Source of the DNA: Eledone cirrhosa
Taxonomy: Eukaryota
Length of the DNA stretch: 64,000 nucleotides
Direction of reading: 5' to 3'
Assembly (NCBI GenBank): GCA_964016885.1
Contig: OZ024741.1
Span: 264,430,001-264,494,000, forward strand
Shown piece after piece: positions 39,504-51,945 of this stretch (the first letter of the stretch is position 1; each line of letters begins with the position of its first letter). The position numbers were made by a program, and so were the translations under genes. The notes under the pieces are model-generated. The model searched no databases and was not told the origin of the DNA. It was given only the letters and a program-made list of their open reading frames with translations.

Positions 39504-40404
39504 ATATTCATTGTTCCTCCTGTTGTGTTGTATGTCTACGCCATTTTTTTTTTGTGTTCAGTCTGTCTATATATTTATTTATTTATTTGCTTGTTTGTTT
39601 ATCTTATTTTATTTTGTCTTCTTTGCGCATGCGTTTGCGTGTGTGTATAGTGTTATGTGTGATGTGTGACTAGTGTGTATAGTGTTGTGTCTGCTGGGTG
39701 ACTAGTGTGTGTTTATGTGCTTGTGTATGTATTTATTTATCTTATTTTATTTAATTTAATTTACTTATTTATTTATACTTCTCTTAGGTCAGTGTTGTTT
39801 GTTTGGGTGTTGTTGTTGTTCCACTCATTCTTTCTGTTTAGCTTTGGTCTTCTAATTTCTATTTCACTGGCCTCTCTGATTTGCCTATCTGCTGGGTCAT
39901 TCCTATGTTTAGATATTATTCTAATTTCTATGTTGTCTATGTTACCGTCATGTTGTTGTCTAGCATGTTCGTATAGTACTGACCCGTTTTTTCGTCCTTT
40001 TAGTTCCCCCCAGTGTTGGTCTATCCTTTCACCTATGCTACGAGCTGTCTCACCTATGTATGTTGTTGTCGTGTTTCTGCAACTACCCTCTGTACATCTT
40101 ATGCTATAGACTACGTTTCTAGTTTTACAGTTTATCCGGGGGTTCACCTTACATATGATACATTTCCTATTGGTACAGTGGGTTTTCTTAAAAGGGTAGG
40201 TTTTGCTGATCAGGGATTTTATGGTGGTTCCTGGCTTTTCTACCACCTTTATTTTTAAGTGGGTCTTTCTCAGGGCCTTTCTACACTGGTTAGCTAATTT
40301 CCCTCCAGGGGTGGCGTCCACAAACATGACACTCTGATATCTCTGGTTGTCGTACCATGATGTGGCCTTCCCTATCTTATGTCTAGCCCTATCTAAGCTA
40401 TTCC

Positions 40405-42210
40405 ATGATTTGCTCCTGTATGTATGTGAAAGTACAGAGGACCTCCTCAGATGTATGTGAAAGTACAGAGGACCTCCTCAGCAGAATCAGTGAGTGCAAC
40501 AAAAACAGGAGCCTATCCAACTGCATAATAGGCAGCATGGATGTGGTGTCACTGTACCCATCCATTAACATTGATTTTGCTGTGAAAAGATGTGTGGAGA
40601 TGATCATTGAGAGTGAGGTGGAGTTCTGCGACGTCGACACAGACGAACTGGGCCTCCTACTTAGACTTACCTACGACACTGACTACCTAGACAGCCATGA
40701 CCTTAGATGTTTCTGCCCTAGTAGACCTATAAGAGGTAGACACCCCACCATAACCTCAATGGCTAAAAAGACTCCCATAGGAAGGTGGATTGGGTGGACC
40801 AAAGCTATACGGACCCCCCAAAACACTGATCAGGTAAGAAAAATGGTCGCACATGCAATAGGGGCTAGTATCAAAACTACCCTAAAGGGCCACATATTTA
40901 AGTTCAATGAGAAAATCTACACCCAAAATGAGGGAGCAGCCATCGGCGTCAGCATAGCTGGTGATGTTGCCAACCTTTTCATGGTATGGTGGGAAAGGAG
41001 ACTTAAAGATCTCCTTAATGAAAGCTCCATAGACCTCATCATGTACTCTCGTTATGTAGACGATATCAATATAGTTATAAGAACACCCCCACTAGAGAGC
41101 ACTAACAAGTTTGATTTAGAACGTAGCACGATGGAAAGCATCCAGCAGATAGCTAATTCCATACACCAGAGTATAACTGTAACTATCGACTTCCCTTCCA
41201 AACACCCTAACAATAGACTACCTGTATTAGACACAGAACTCTGGATTAACACTATAGACGAGAGAGCCCAAATTCTCCACTCACACTATGCTAAACCCAT
41301 GGCCTCCAAATACCTGATACTCAAAAACTCAGCAATGTCCAGTAGTGCTAAGTTTAATATTCTGATCGCAGATTTGGTACGAGTGATGAAGAATGTGTCC
41401 AGCATGTGCGACCCAACAGAAATGGAAGGACACATCCAACACTTCATCAACCGCATGCAGTTCTCTGGCTACAACCAAAGAGACAGAGTCAGAGTATACG
41501 AAGGAGCCATGGAAAAGTATAAGACCCTCATAGAACTGGACATGAAAGGAATTTGCCCACTATACAGGAGCAAATCATGGAATAGCTTAGATAGGGCTAG
41601 ACATAAGATAGGGAAGGCCACATCATGGTACGACAACCAGAGATATCAGAGTGTCATGTTTGTGGACGCCACCCCTGGAGGGAAATTAGCTAACCAGTGT
41701 AGAAAGGCCCTGAGAAAGACCCACTTAAAAATAAAGGTGGTAGAAAAGCCAGGAACCACCATAAAATCCCTGATCAGCAAAACCTACCCTTTTAAGAAAA
41801 CCCACTGTACCAATAGGAAATGTATCATATGTAAGGTGAACCCCCGGATAAACTGTAAAACTAGAAACGTAGTCTATAGCATAAGATGTACAGAGGGTAG
41901 TTGCAGAAACACGACAACAACATACATAGGTGAGACAGCTCGTAGCATAGGTGAAAGGATAGACCAACACTGGGGGGAACTAAAAGGACGAAAAAACGGG
42001 TCAGTACTATACGAACATGCTAGACAACAACATGACGGTAACATAGACAACATAGAAATTAGAATAATATCTAAACATAGGAATGACCCAGCAGATAGGC
42101 AAATCAGAGAGGCCAGTGAAATAGAAATTAGAAGACCAAAGCTAAACAGAAAGAATGAGTGGAACAACAACAACACCCAAACAAACAACACTGACCTAAG
42201 AGAAGTATAA
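40405..42210 (+). CDS. Penelope-like RT plus GIY-YIG endonuclease, open frame, N-terminus missing (possibly Naiad-type)
   Basis: GSMDVVSLYPSI, QNEGAAIGVSIAGDVANLFM, YSRYVDD, Cys linker CTNRKCIIC, NVVYSIRC...YIGETARSIGERIDQH; the annotated ATG lies in the inverted arm. Confidence 0.9.
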   Translation: MICSCMYVKVQRTSSDVCESTEDLLSRISECNKNRSLSNCIIGSMDVVSLYPSINIDFAVKRCVEMIIESEVEFCDVDTDELGLLLRLTYDTDYLDSHDLRCFCPSRPIRGRHPTITSMAKKTPIGRWIGWTKAIRTPQNTDQVRKMVAHAIGASIKTTLKGHIFKFNEKIYTQNEGAAIGVSIAGDVANLFMVWWERRLKDLLNESSIDLIMYSRYVDDINIVIRTPPLESTNKFDLERSTMESIQQIANSIHQSITVTIDFPSKHPNNRLPVLDTELWINTIDERAQILHSHYAKPMASKYLILKNSAMSSSAKFNILIADLVRVMKNVSSMCDPTEMEGHIQHFINRMQFSGYNQRDRVRVYEGAMEKYKTLIELDMKGICPLYRSKSWNSLDRARHKIGKATSWYDNQRYQSVMFVDATPGGKLANQCRKALRKTHLKIKVVEKPGTTIKSLISKTYPFKKTHCTNRKCIICKVNPRINCKTRNVVYSIRCTEGSCRNTTTTYIGETARSIGERIDQHWGELKGRKNGSVLYEHARQQHDGNIDNIEIRIISKHRNDPADRQIREASEIEIRRPKLNRKNEWNNNNTQTNNTDLREV

Positions 42211-42791
42211 ATAAATAAGTAAATTAAATTAAATAAAATAAGATAAATAAATACATACACAAGCACATAAACATACACTAGTCACCCAGCAGACACAACA
42301 CTATACACACTAGTCACACATCACACATAACACTATACACACACGCAAACGCATGCGCAAAGAAGACAAAATAAAATAAGATAAACAAACAAGCAAATAA
42401 ATAAATAAATATATAGACAGACTGAACACAAAAAAAAAATGGCGTAGACATACAACACGACAGGAGGAACAATGAATATAACACCACTAGACGATGTTGC
42501 AGATGTGCAACGAAAGATTTATGTAAAATATGTAAATTATGTAAACTATATATATATGTGTTTGTCTATATTGTATCTGTATTATTTTTGACCGCCGGTC
42601 AGTCAATGGCAACATTGAGGACCGAGTAAGTTAGATCGCAGATATATATATATAAAAGACAGCGAGAAGCGAAAACCAACCAAACAGTGAGTGTGTTCTG
42701 TTATTAATTCTGGCAATATTACGCAAATATGACCCTCCCCAAATATAACAATATCTGTTTCGACACACGATTTCATATAAAAAACCTCGCA

Positions 42792-42825
<34 letters not shown>

Positions 42826-42831
<6 letters not shown>

Positions 42832-42881
42832 AGTATGTATGTATACGTACATACATATATGCATACAGACGTACAGTAGCA

Positions 42882-42941
<60 letters not shown>

Positions 42942-43405
42942 CATATACATACACATACACATATGCATACAGGTACACATACATATATGCACGCATCAGT
43001 TTAGCCGACGTTTATTATAACGCGTGCTTTGTTCGTTTGTTTGTCAACAAATCGAACAGCCTGAATTTATGCCATACAGTGTTAAGGCAACCACGTCACC
43101 TTTTTGTTCAACACTGACACAGGAACGATGTACTAGTTTCAAGCTTGTTAGCTATCATCAGCACCGTTTACCCATCTGCCAGATAGTTGAACGTTCGAAA
43201 GTATATACTTTCCTTATGAAAATTAACGGCTGAGCAGCCTAATTTGCATATTGAGTGAGTTAAATCGGTCAGGCATACCGAGAACGATAAGTTGAAAAAA
43301 ATGAAAACGAAATTTCATTTCTCACTCTTAGTATGGCACTTACTTAAATGTAAGTATGTATGTATACGTACATACATATATGCATACAGACGTACAGTAG
43401 CATGC

Positions 43406-43436
<31 letters not shown>

Positions 43437-43505
43437 CATATACATACACATACACATATGCATACAGGTACACATACATATATGCACGCATCAGTTTAGC
43501 CGACG
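42826..43505 (-). repeat. Inverted 1.3-unit 5' segment of the HHR array (HHR at 43124-43168)
   Basis: Reverse complement of the array unit; joined through a GT microhomology at ~43505. Confidence 0.95.
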
Positions 43506-43541
43506 TGTACCTGTATGCATATGTGTATGTGTATGTATATG

Positions 43542-43631
<90 letters not shown>

Positions 43632-43784
43632 TGCTACTGTACGTCTGTATGCATATATGTATGTACGTATACATACATACTTACATTTAAGTAAGTGCCA
43701 TACTAAGAGTGAGAAATGAAATTTCGTTTTCATTTTTTTCAACTTATCGTTCTCGGTATGCCTGACCGATTTAACTCACTCAAT

Positions 43785-43792
43785 ATGCAAAT
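43785..43792 (+). promoter_or_regulatory. Octamer motif ATGCAAAT in every array unit, 80 nt upstream of the HHR core
   Basis: Exact match; also at 26192-26199 (minus) with 84-nt spacing. Function inferred only. Confidence 0.4.
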
Positions 43793-43865
43793 TAGGCTGC
43801 TCAGCCGTTAATTTTCATAAGGAAAGTATATACTTTCGAACGTTCAACTATCTGGCAGATGGGTA

Positions 43866-43910
43866 AACGGTGCTGATGATAGCTAACAAGCTTGAAACTA
43901 GTACATCGTT
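43866..43910 (+). ncRNA. Minimal type I hammerhead motif; copies start at 44391,44910,45433,45964,46481,47000,47531,48070,48589,49100,49615,50134,50663
   Basis: aacggtg-CTGATGA-t.agc.taacaa.gct.t-GAAA-ctag-TA-catcgtt; 7-bp stem I, palindromic stem III, predicted cut after 43903. Confidence 0.82.
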
Positions 43911-44092
43911 CCTGTGTCAGTGTTGAACAAAAAGGTGACGTGGTTGCCTTAACACTGTATGGCATAAATTCAGGCTGTTCGATTTGTTGACAAACAAACG
44001 AACAAAGCACGCGTTATAATAAACGTCGGCTAAACTGATGCGTGCATATATGTATGTGTACCTGTATGCATATGTGTATGTGTATGTATATG

Positions 44093-44156
<64 letters not shown>

Positions 44157-44617
44157 TGCTACTGTACGTCTGTATGCATATATGTATGTACGTATACATA
44201 CATACTTACATTTAAGTAAGTGCCATACTAAGAGTGAGAAATGAAATTTCGTTTTCATTTTTTTCAACTTATCGTTCTCGGTATGCCTGACCGATTTAAC
44301 TCACTCAATATGCAAATTAGGCTGCTCAGCCGTTAATTTTCATAAGGAAAGTATATACTTTCGAACGTTCAACTATCTGGCAGATGGGTAAACGGTGCTG
44401 ATGATAGCTAACAAGCTTGAAACTAGTACATCGTTCCTGTGTCAGTGTTGAACAAAAAGGTGACGTGGTTGCCTTAACACTGTATGGCATAAATTCAGGC
44501 TGTTCGATTTGTTGACAAACAAACGAACAAAGCACGCGTTATAATAAACGTCGGCTAAACTGATGCGTGCATATATGTATGTGTACCTGTATGCATATGT
44601 GTATGTGTATGTATATG

Positions 44618-44675
<58 letters not shown>

Positions 44676-45136
44676 TGCTACTGTACGTCTGTATGCATAT
44701 ATGTATGTACGTATACATACATACTTACATTTAAGTAAGTGCCATACTAAGAGTGAGAAATGAAATTTCGTTTTCATTTTTTTCAACTTATCGTTCTCGG
44801 TATGCCTGACCGATTTAACTCACTCAATATGCAAATTAGGCTGCTCAGCCGTTAATTTTCATAAGGAAAGTATATACTTTCGAACGTTCAACTATCTGGC
44901 AGATGGGTAAACGGTGCTGATGATAGCTAACAAGCTTGAAACTAGTACATCGTTCCTGTGTCAGTGTTGAACAAAAAGGTGACGTGGTTGCCTTAACACT
45001 GTATGGCATAAATTCAGGCTGTTCGATTTGTTGACAAACAAACGAACAAAGCACGCGTTATAATAAACGTCGGCTAAACTGATGCGTGCATATATGTATG
45101 TGTACCTGTATGCATATGTGTATGTGTATGTATATG

Positions 45137-45198
<62 letters not shown>

Positions 45199-45659
45199 TG
45201 CTACTGTACGTCTGTATGCATATATGTATGTACGTATACATACATACTTACATTTAAGTAAGTGCCATACTAAGAGTGAGAAATGAAATTTCGTTTTCAT
45301 TTTTTTCAACTTATCGTTCTCGGTATGCCTGACCGATTTAACTCACTCAATATGCAAATTAGGCTGCTCAGCCGTTAATTTTCATAAGGAAAGTATATAC
45401 TTTCGAACGTTCAACTATCTGGCAGATGGGTAAACGGTGCTGATGATAGCTAACAAGCTTGAAACTAGTACATCGTTCCTGTGTCAGTGTTGAACAAAAA
45501 GGTGACGTGGTTGCCTTAACACTGTATGGCATAAATTCAGGCTGTTCGATTTGTTGACGAACAAACGAACAAAGCACGCGTTATAATAAACGTCGGCTAA
45601 ACTGATGCGTGCATATATGTATGTGTACCTGTATGCATATGTGTATGTGTATGTATATG

Positions 45660-45729
<70 letters not shown>

Positions 45730-46196
45730 TGCTACTGTACGTCTGTATGCATATATGGATGTACGTATACATACATACTTACATTTAAGTAAGTGCCATA
45801 CTAAGAGTGAGAAATGAAATTTCGTTTTCATTTTTTTCAACTTATCGTTCTCGGTATGCCTGACCGATTTAACTCACTCAATATGCAAATTAGGCTGCTC
45901 AGCCGTTAATTTTCATAAGGAAAGTATATACTTTCGAACGTTCAACTATCTGGCAGATGGGTAAACGGTGCTGATGATAGCTAACAAGCTTGAAACTAGT
46001 ACATCGTTCCTGTGTCAGTGTTGAACAAAAAGGTGACGTGGTTGCCTTAACACTGTATGGCATAAATTCAGGCTGTTCGATTTGTTGACAAACAAACGAA
46101 CAAAGCACGCGTTATAATAAACGTCGGCTAAACTGATGCGTGCATATATGTATGTGTACCTGTATGCATATGTGTATGTGTATGTATATGTATGTG

Positions 46197-46246
<50 letters not shown>

Positions 46247-46707
46247 TGCTACTGTACGTCTGTATGCATATATGTATGTACGTATACATACATACTTACA
46301 TTTAAGTAAGTGCCATACTAAGAGTGAGAAATGAAATTTCGTTTTCATTTTTTTCAACTTATCGTTCTCGGTATGCCTGACCGATTTAACTCACTCAATA
46401 TGCAAATTAGGCTGCTCAGCCGTTAATTTTCATAAGGAAAGTATATACTTTCGAACGTTCAACTATCTGGCAGATGGGTAAACGGTGCTGATGATAGCTA
46501 ACAAGCTTGAAACTAGTACATCGTTCCTGTGTCAGTGTTGAACAAAAAGGTGACGTGGTTGCCTTAACACTGTATGGCATAAATTCAGGCTGTTCGATTT
46601 GTTGACAAACAAACGAACAAAGCACGCGTTATAATAAACGTCGGCTAAACTGATGCGTGCATATATGTATGTGTACCTGTATGCATATGTGTATGTGTAT
46701 GTATATG

Positions 46708-46765
<58 letters not shown>

Positions 46766-47226
46766 TGCTACTGTACGTCTGTATGCATATATGTATGTAC
46801 GTATACATACATACTTACATTTAAGTAAGTGCCATACTAAGAGTGAGAAATGAAATTTCGTTTTCATTTTTTTCAACTTATCGTTCTCGGTATGCCTGAC
46901 CGATTTAACTCACTCAATATGCAAATTAGGCTGCTCAGCCGTTAATTTTCATAAGGAAAGTATATACTTTCGAACGTTCAACTATCTGGCAGATGGGTAA
47001 ACGGTGCTGATGATAGCTAACAAGCTTGAAACTAGTACATCGTTCCTGTGTCAGTGTTGAACAAAAAGGTGACGTGGTTGCCTTAACACTGTATGGCATA
47101 AATTCAGGCTGTTCGATTTGTTGACAAACAAACGAACAAAGCACGCGTTATAATAAACGTCGGCTAAACTGATGCGTGCATATATGTATGTGTACCTGTA
47201 TGCATATGTGTATGTGTATGTATATG

Positions 47227-47296
<70 letters not shown>

Positions 47297-47757
47297 TGCT
47301 ACTGTACGTCTGTATGCATATATGTATGTACGTATACATACATACTTACATTTAAGTAAGTGCCATACTAAGAGTGAGAAATGAAATTTCGTTTTCATTT
47401 TTTTCAACTTATCGTTCTCGGTATGCCTGACCGATTTAACTCACTCAATATGCAAATTAGGCTGCTCAGCCGTTAATTTTCATAAGGAAAGTATATACTT
47501 TCGAACGTTCAACTATCTGGCAGATGGGTAAACGGTGCTGATGATAGCTAACAAGCTTGAAACTAGTACATCGTTCCTGTGTCAGTGTTGAACAAAAAGG
47601 TGACGTGGTTGCCTTAACACTGTATGGCATAAATTCAGGCTGTTCGGTTTGTTGACAAACAAACGAAAAAAGCACGCGTTATAATAAACGTCGGCTAAAC
47701 TGATGCGTGCATATATGTATGTGTACCTGTATGCATATGTGTATGTGTATGTATATG

Positions 47758-47835
<78 letters not shown>

Positions 47836-48296
47836 TGCTACTGTACGTCTGTATGCATATATGTATGTACGTATACATACATACTTACATTTAAGTAAGT
47901 GCCATACTAAGAGTGAGAAATGAAATTTCGTTTTCATTTTTTTCAACTTATCGTTCTCGGTATGCCTGACCGATTTAACTCACTCAATATGCAAATTAGG
48001 CTGCTCAGCCGTTAATTTTCATAAGGAAAGTATATACTTTCGAACGTTCAACTATCTGGCAGATGGGTAAACGGTGCTGATGATAGCTAACAAGCTTGAA
48101 ACTAGTACATCGTTCCTGTGTCAGTGTTGAACAAAAAGGTGACGTGGTTGCCTTAACACTGTATGGCATAAATTCAGGCTGTTCGATTTGTTGACAAACA
48201 AACGAACAAAGCACGCGTTATAATAAACGTCGGCTAAACTGATGCGTGCATATATGTATGTGTACCTGTATGCATATGTGTATGTGTATGTATATG

Positions 48297-48354
<58 letters not shown>

Positions 48355-48815
48355 TGCTACTGTACGTCTGTATGCATATATGTATGTACGTATACATACA
48401 TACTTACATTTAAGTAAGTGCCATACTAAGAGTGAGAAATGAAATTTCGTTTTCATTTTTTTCAACTTATCGTTCTCGGTATGCCTGACCGATTTAACTC
48501 ACTCAATATGCAAATTAGGCTGCTCAGCCGTTAATTTTCATAAGGAAAGTATATACTTTCGAACGTTCAACTATCTGGCAGATGGGTAAACGGTGCTGAT
48601 GATAGCTAACAAGCTTGAAACTAGTACATCGTTCCTGTGTCAGTGTTGAACAAAAAGGTGACGTGGTTGCCTTAACACTGTATGGCATAAATTCAGGCTG
48701 TTCGATTTGTTGACAAACAAACGAACAAAGCACGCGTTATAATAAACGTCGGCTAAACTGATGCGTGCATATATGTATGTGTACCTGTATGCATATGTGT
48801 ATGTGTATGTATATG

Positions 48816-48865
<50 letters not shown>

Positions 48866-49326
48866 TGCTACTGTACGTCTGTATGCATATATGTATGTAC
48901 GTATACATACATACTTACATTTAAGTAAGTGCCATACTAAGAGTGAGAAATGAAATTTCGTTTTCATTTTTTTCAACTTATCGTTCTCGGTATGCCTGAC
49001 CGATTTAACTCACTCAATATGCAAATTAGGCTGCTCAGCCGTTAATTTTCATAAGGAAAGTATATACTTTCGAACGTTCAACTATCTGGCAGATGGGTAA
49101 ACGGTGCTGATGATAGCTAACAAGCTTGAAACTAGTACATCGTTCCTGTGTCAGTGTTGAACAAAAAGGTGACGTGGTTGCCTTAACACTGTATGGCATA
49201 AATTCAGGCTGTTCGATTTGTTGACAAACAAACGAACAAAGCACGCGTTATAATAAACGTCGGCTAAACTGATGCGTGCATATATGTATGTGTACCTGTA
49301 TGCATATGTGTATGTGTATGTATATG

Positions 49327-49380
<54 letters not shown>

Positions 49381-49841
49381 TGCTACTGTACGTCTGTATG
49401 CATATATGTATGTACGTATACATACATACTTACATTTAAGTAAGTGCCATACTAAGAGTGAGAAATGAAATTTCGTTTTCATTTTTTTCAACTTATCGTT
49501 CTCGGTATGCCTGACCGATTTAACTCACTCAATATGCAAATTAGGCTGCTCAGCCGTTAATTTTCATAAGGAAAGTATATACTTTCGAACGTTCAACTAT
49601 CTGGCAGATGGGTAAACGGTGCTGATGATAGCTAACAAGCTTGAAACTAGTACATCGTTCCTGTGTCAGTGTTGAACAAAAAGGTGACGTGGTTGCCTTA
49701 ACACTGTATGGCATAAATTCAGGCTGTTCGATTTGTTGACAAACAAACGAACAAAGCACGCGTTATAATAAACGTCGGCTAAACTGATGCGTGCATATAT
49801 GTATGTGTACCTGTATGCATATGTGTATGTGTATGTATATG

Positions 49842-49899
<58 letters not shown>

Positions 49900-50360
49900 T
49901 GCTACTGTACGTCTGTATGCATATATGTATGTACGTATACATACATACTTACATTTAAGTAAGTGCCATACTAAGAGTGAGAAATGAAATTTCGTTTTCA
50001 TTTTTTTCAACTTATCGTTCTCGGTATGCCTGACCGATTTAACTCACTCAATATGCAAATTAGGCTGCTCAGCCGTTAATTTTCATAAGGAAAGTATATA
50101 CTTTCGAACGTTCAACTATCTGGCAGATGGGTAAACGGTGCTGATGATAGCTAACAAGCTTGAAACTAGTACATCGTTCCTGTGTCAGTGTTGAACAAAA
50201 AGGTGACGTGGTTGCCTTAACACTGTATGGCATAAATTCAGGCTGTTCGATTTGTTGACAAACAAACGAACAAAGCACGCGTTATAATAAACGTCGGCTA
50301 AACTGATGCGTGCATATATGTATGTGTACCTGTATGCATATGTGTATGTGTATGTATATG

Positions 50361-50426
<66 letters not shown>

Positions 50427-50889
50427 TGCTACTGTACGTCTGTATGCATATATGTATGTACGTATACATACATACTTACATTTAAGTAAGTGCCATACTA
50501 AGAGTGAGAAATGAAATTTCGTTTTCATTTTTTTTTCAACTTATCGTTCTCGGTATGCCTGACCGATTTAACTCACTCAATATGCAAATTAGGCTGCTCA
50601 GCCGTTAATTTTCATAAGGAAAGTATATACTTTCGAACGTTCAACTATCTGGCAGATGGGTAAACGGTGCTGATGATAGCTAACAAGCTTGAAACTAGTA
50701 CATCGTTCCTGTGTCAGTGTTGAACAAAAAGGTGACGTGGTTGCCTTAACACTGTATGGCATAAATTCAGGCTGTTCGATTTGTTGACAAACAAACGAAC
50801 AAAGCACGCGTTATAATAAACGTCGGCTAAACTGATGCGTGCATATATGTATGTGTACCTGTATGCATATGTGTATGTGTATGTATATG

Positions 50890-50939
<50 letters not shown>

Positions 50940-51050
50940 TGCTACTGTACGTCTGTATGCATATATGTATGTACGTATACATACATACTTACATTTAAGT
51001 AAGTGCCATACTAAGAGTGAGAAATGAAATTTCGTTTTCATTTTTTTCAA

Positions 51051-51945
<895 letters not shown>

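Larger units (their letters stand above)
39230..42795 (+). mobile_element. Penelope-like element, 5'-truncated, with a 1.2-kb inverted copy of its 3' end (39230-40421 = reverse complement of 41562-42755)
   Basis: Arms differ at only a few positions; 31-bp tandem duplication at the junction (40420-40481); (TA)n on both flanks. Confidence 0.92.
43506..51053 (+). repeat. Tandem array of ~14.5 units of 511-539 bp, each with one hammerhead motif, an octamer and a variable (TA)n (retrozyme-like)
   Basis: Periods 525,519,523,531,517,519,531,539,519,511,515,519,529; very few substitutions outside (TA)n. Confidence 0.95.

Noticed and set aside
42465-42500. SECIS element in the PLE 3'UTR (ATGA...GA)
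   Set aside because: Spacing too short for helix II, and no in-frame TGA in the retained ORF.
43024-50807. Repeated 69-aa ORF (MLCSFVCQQIEQPEF...) in each array unit
   Set aside because: GTG start, no recognisable domain, antisense to the HHR; repetition only reflects the array.
43506-51053. CRISPR-like array
   Set aside because: Units are ~520 bp with no unique spacers, no cas genes, eukaryotic context.
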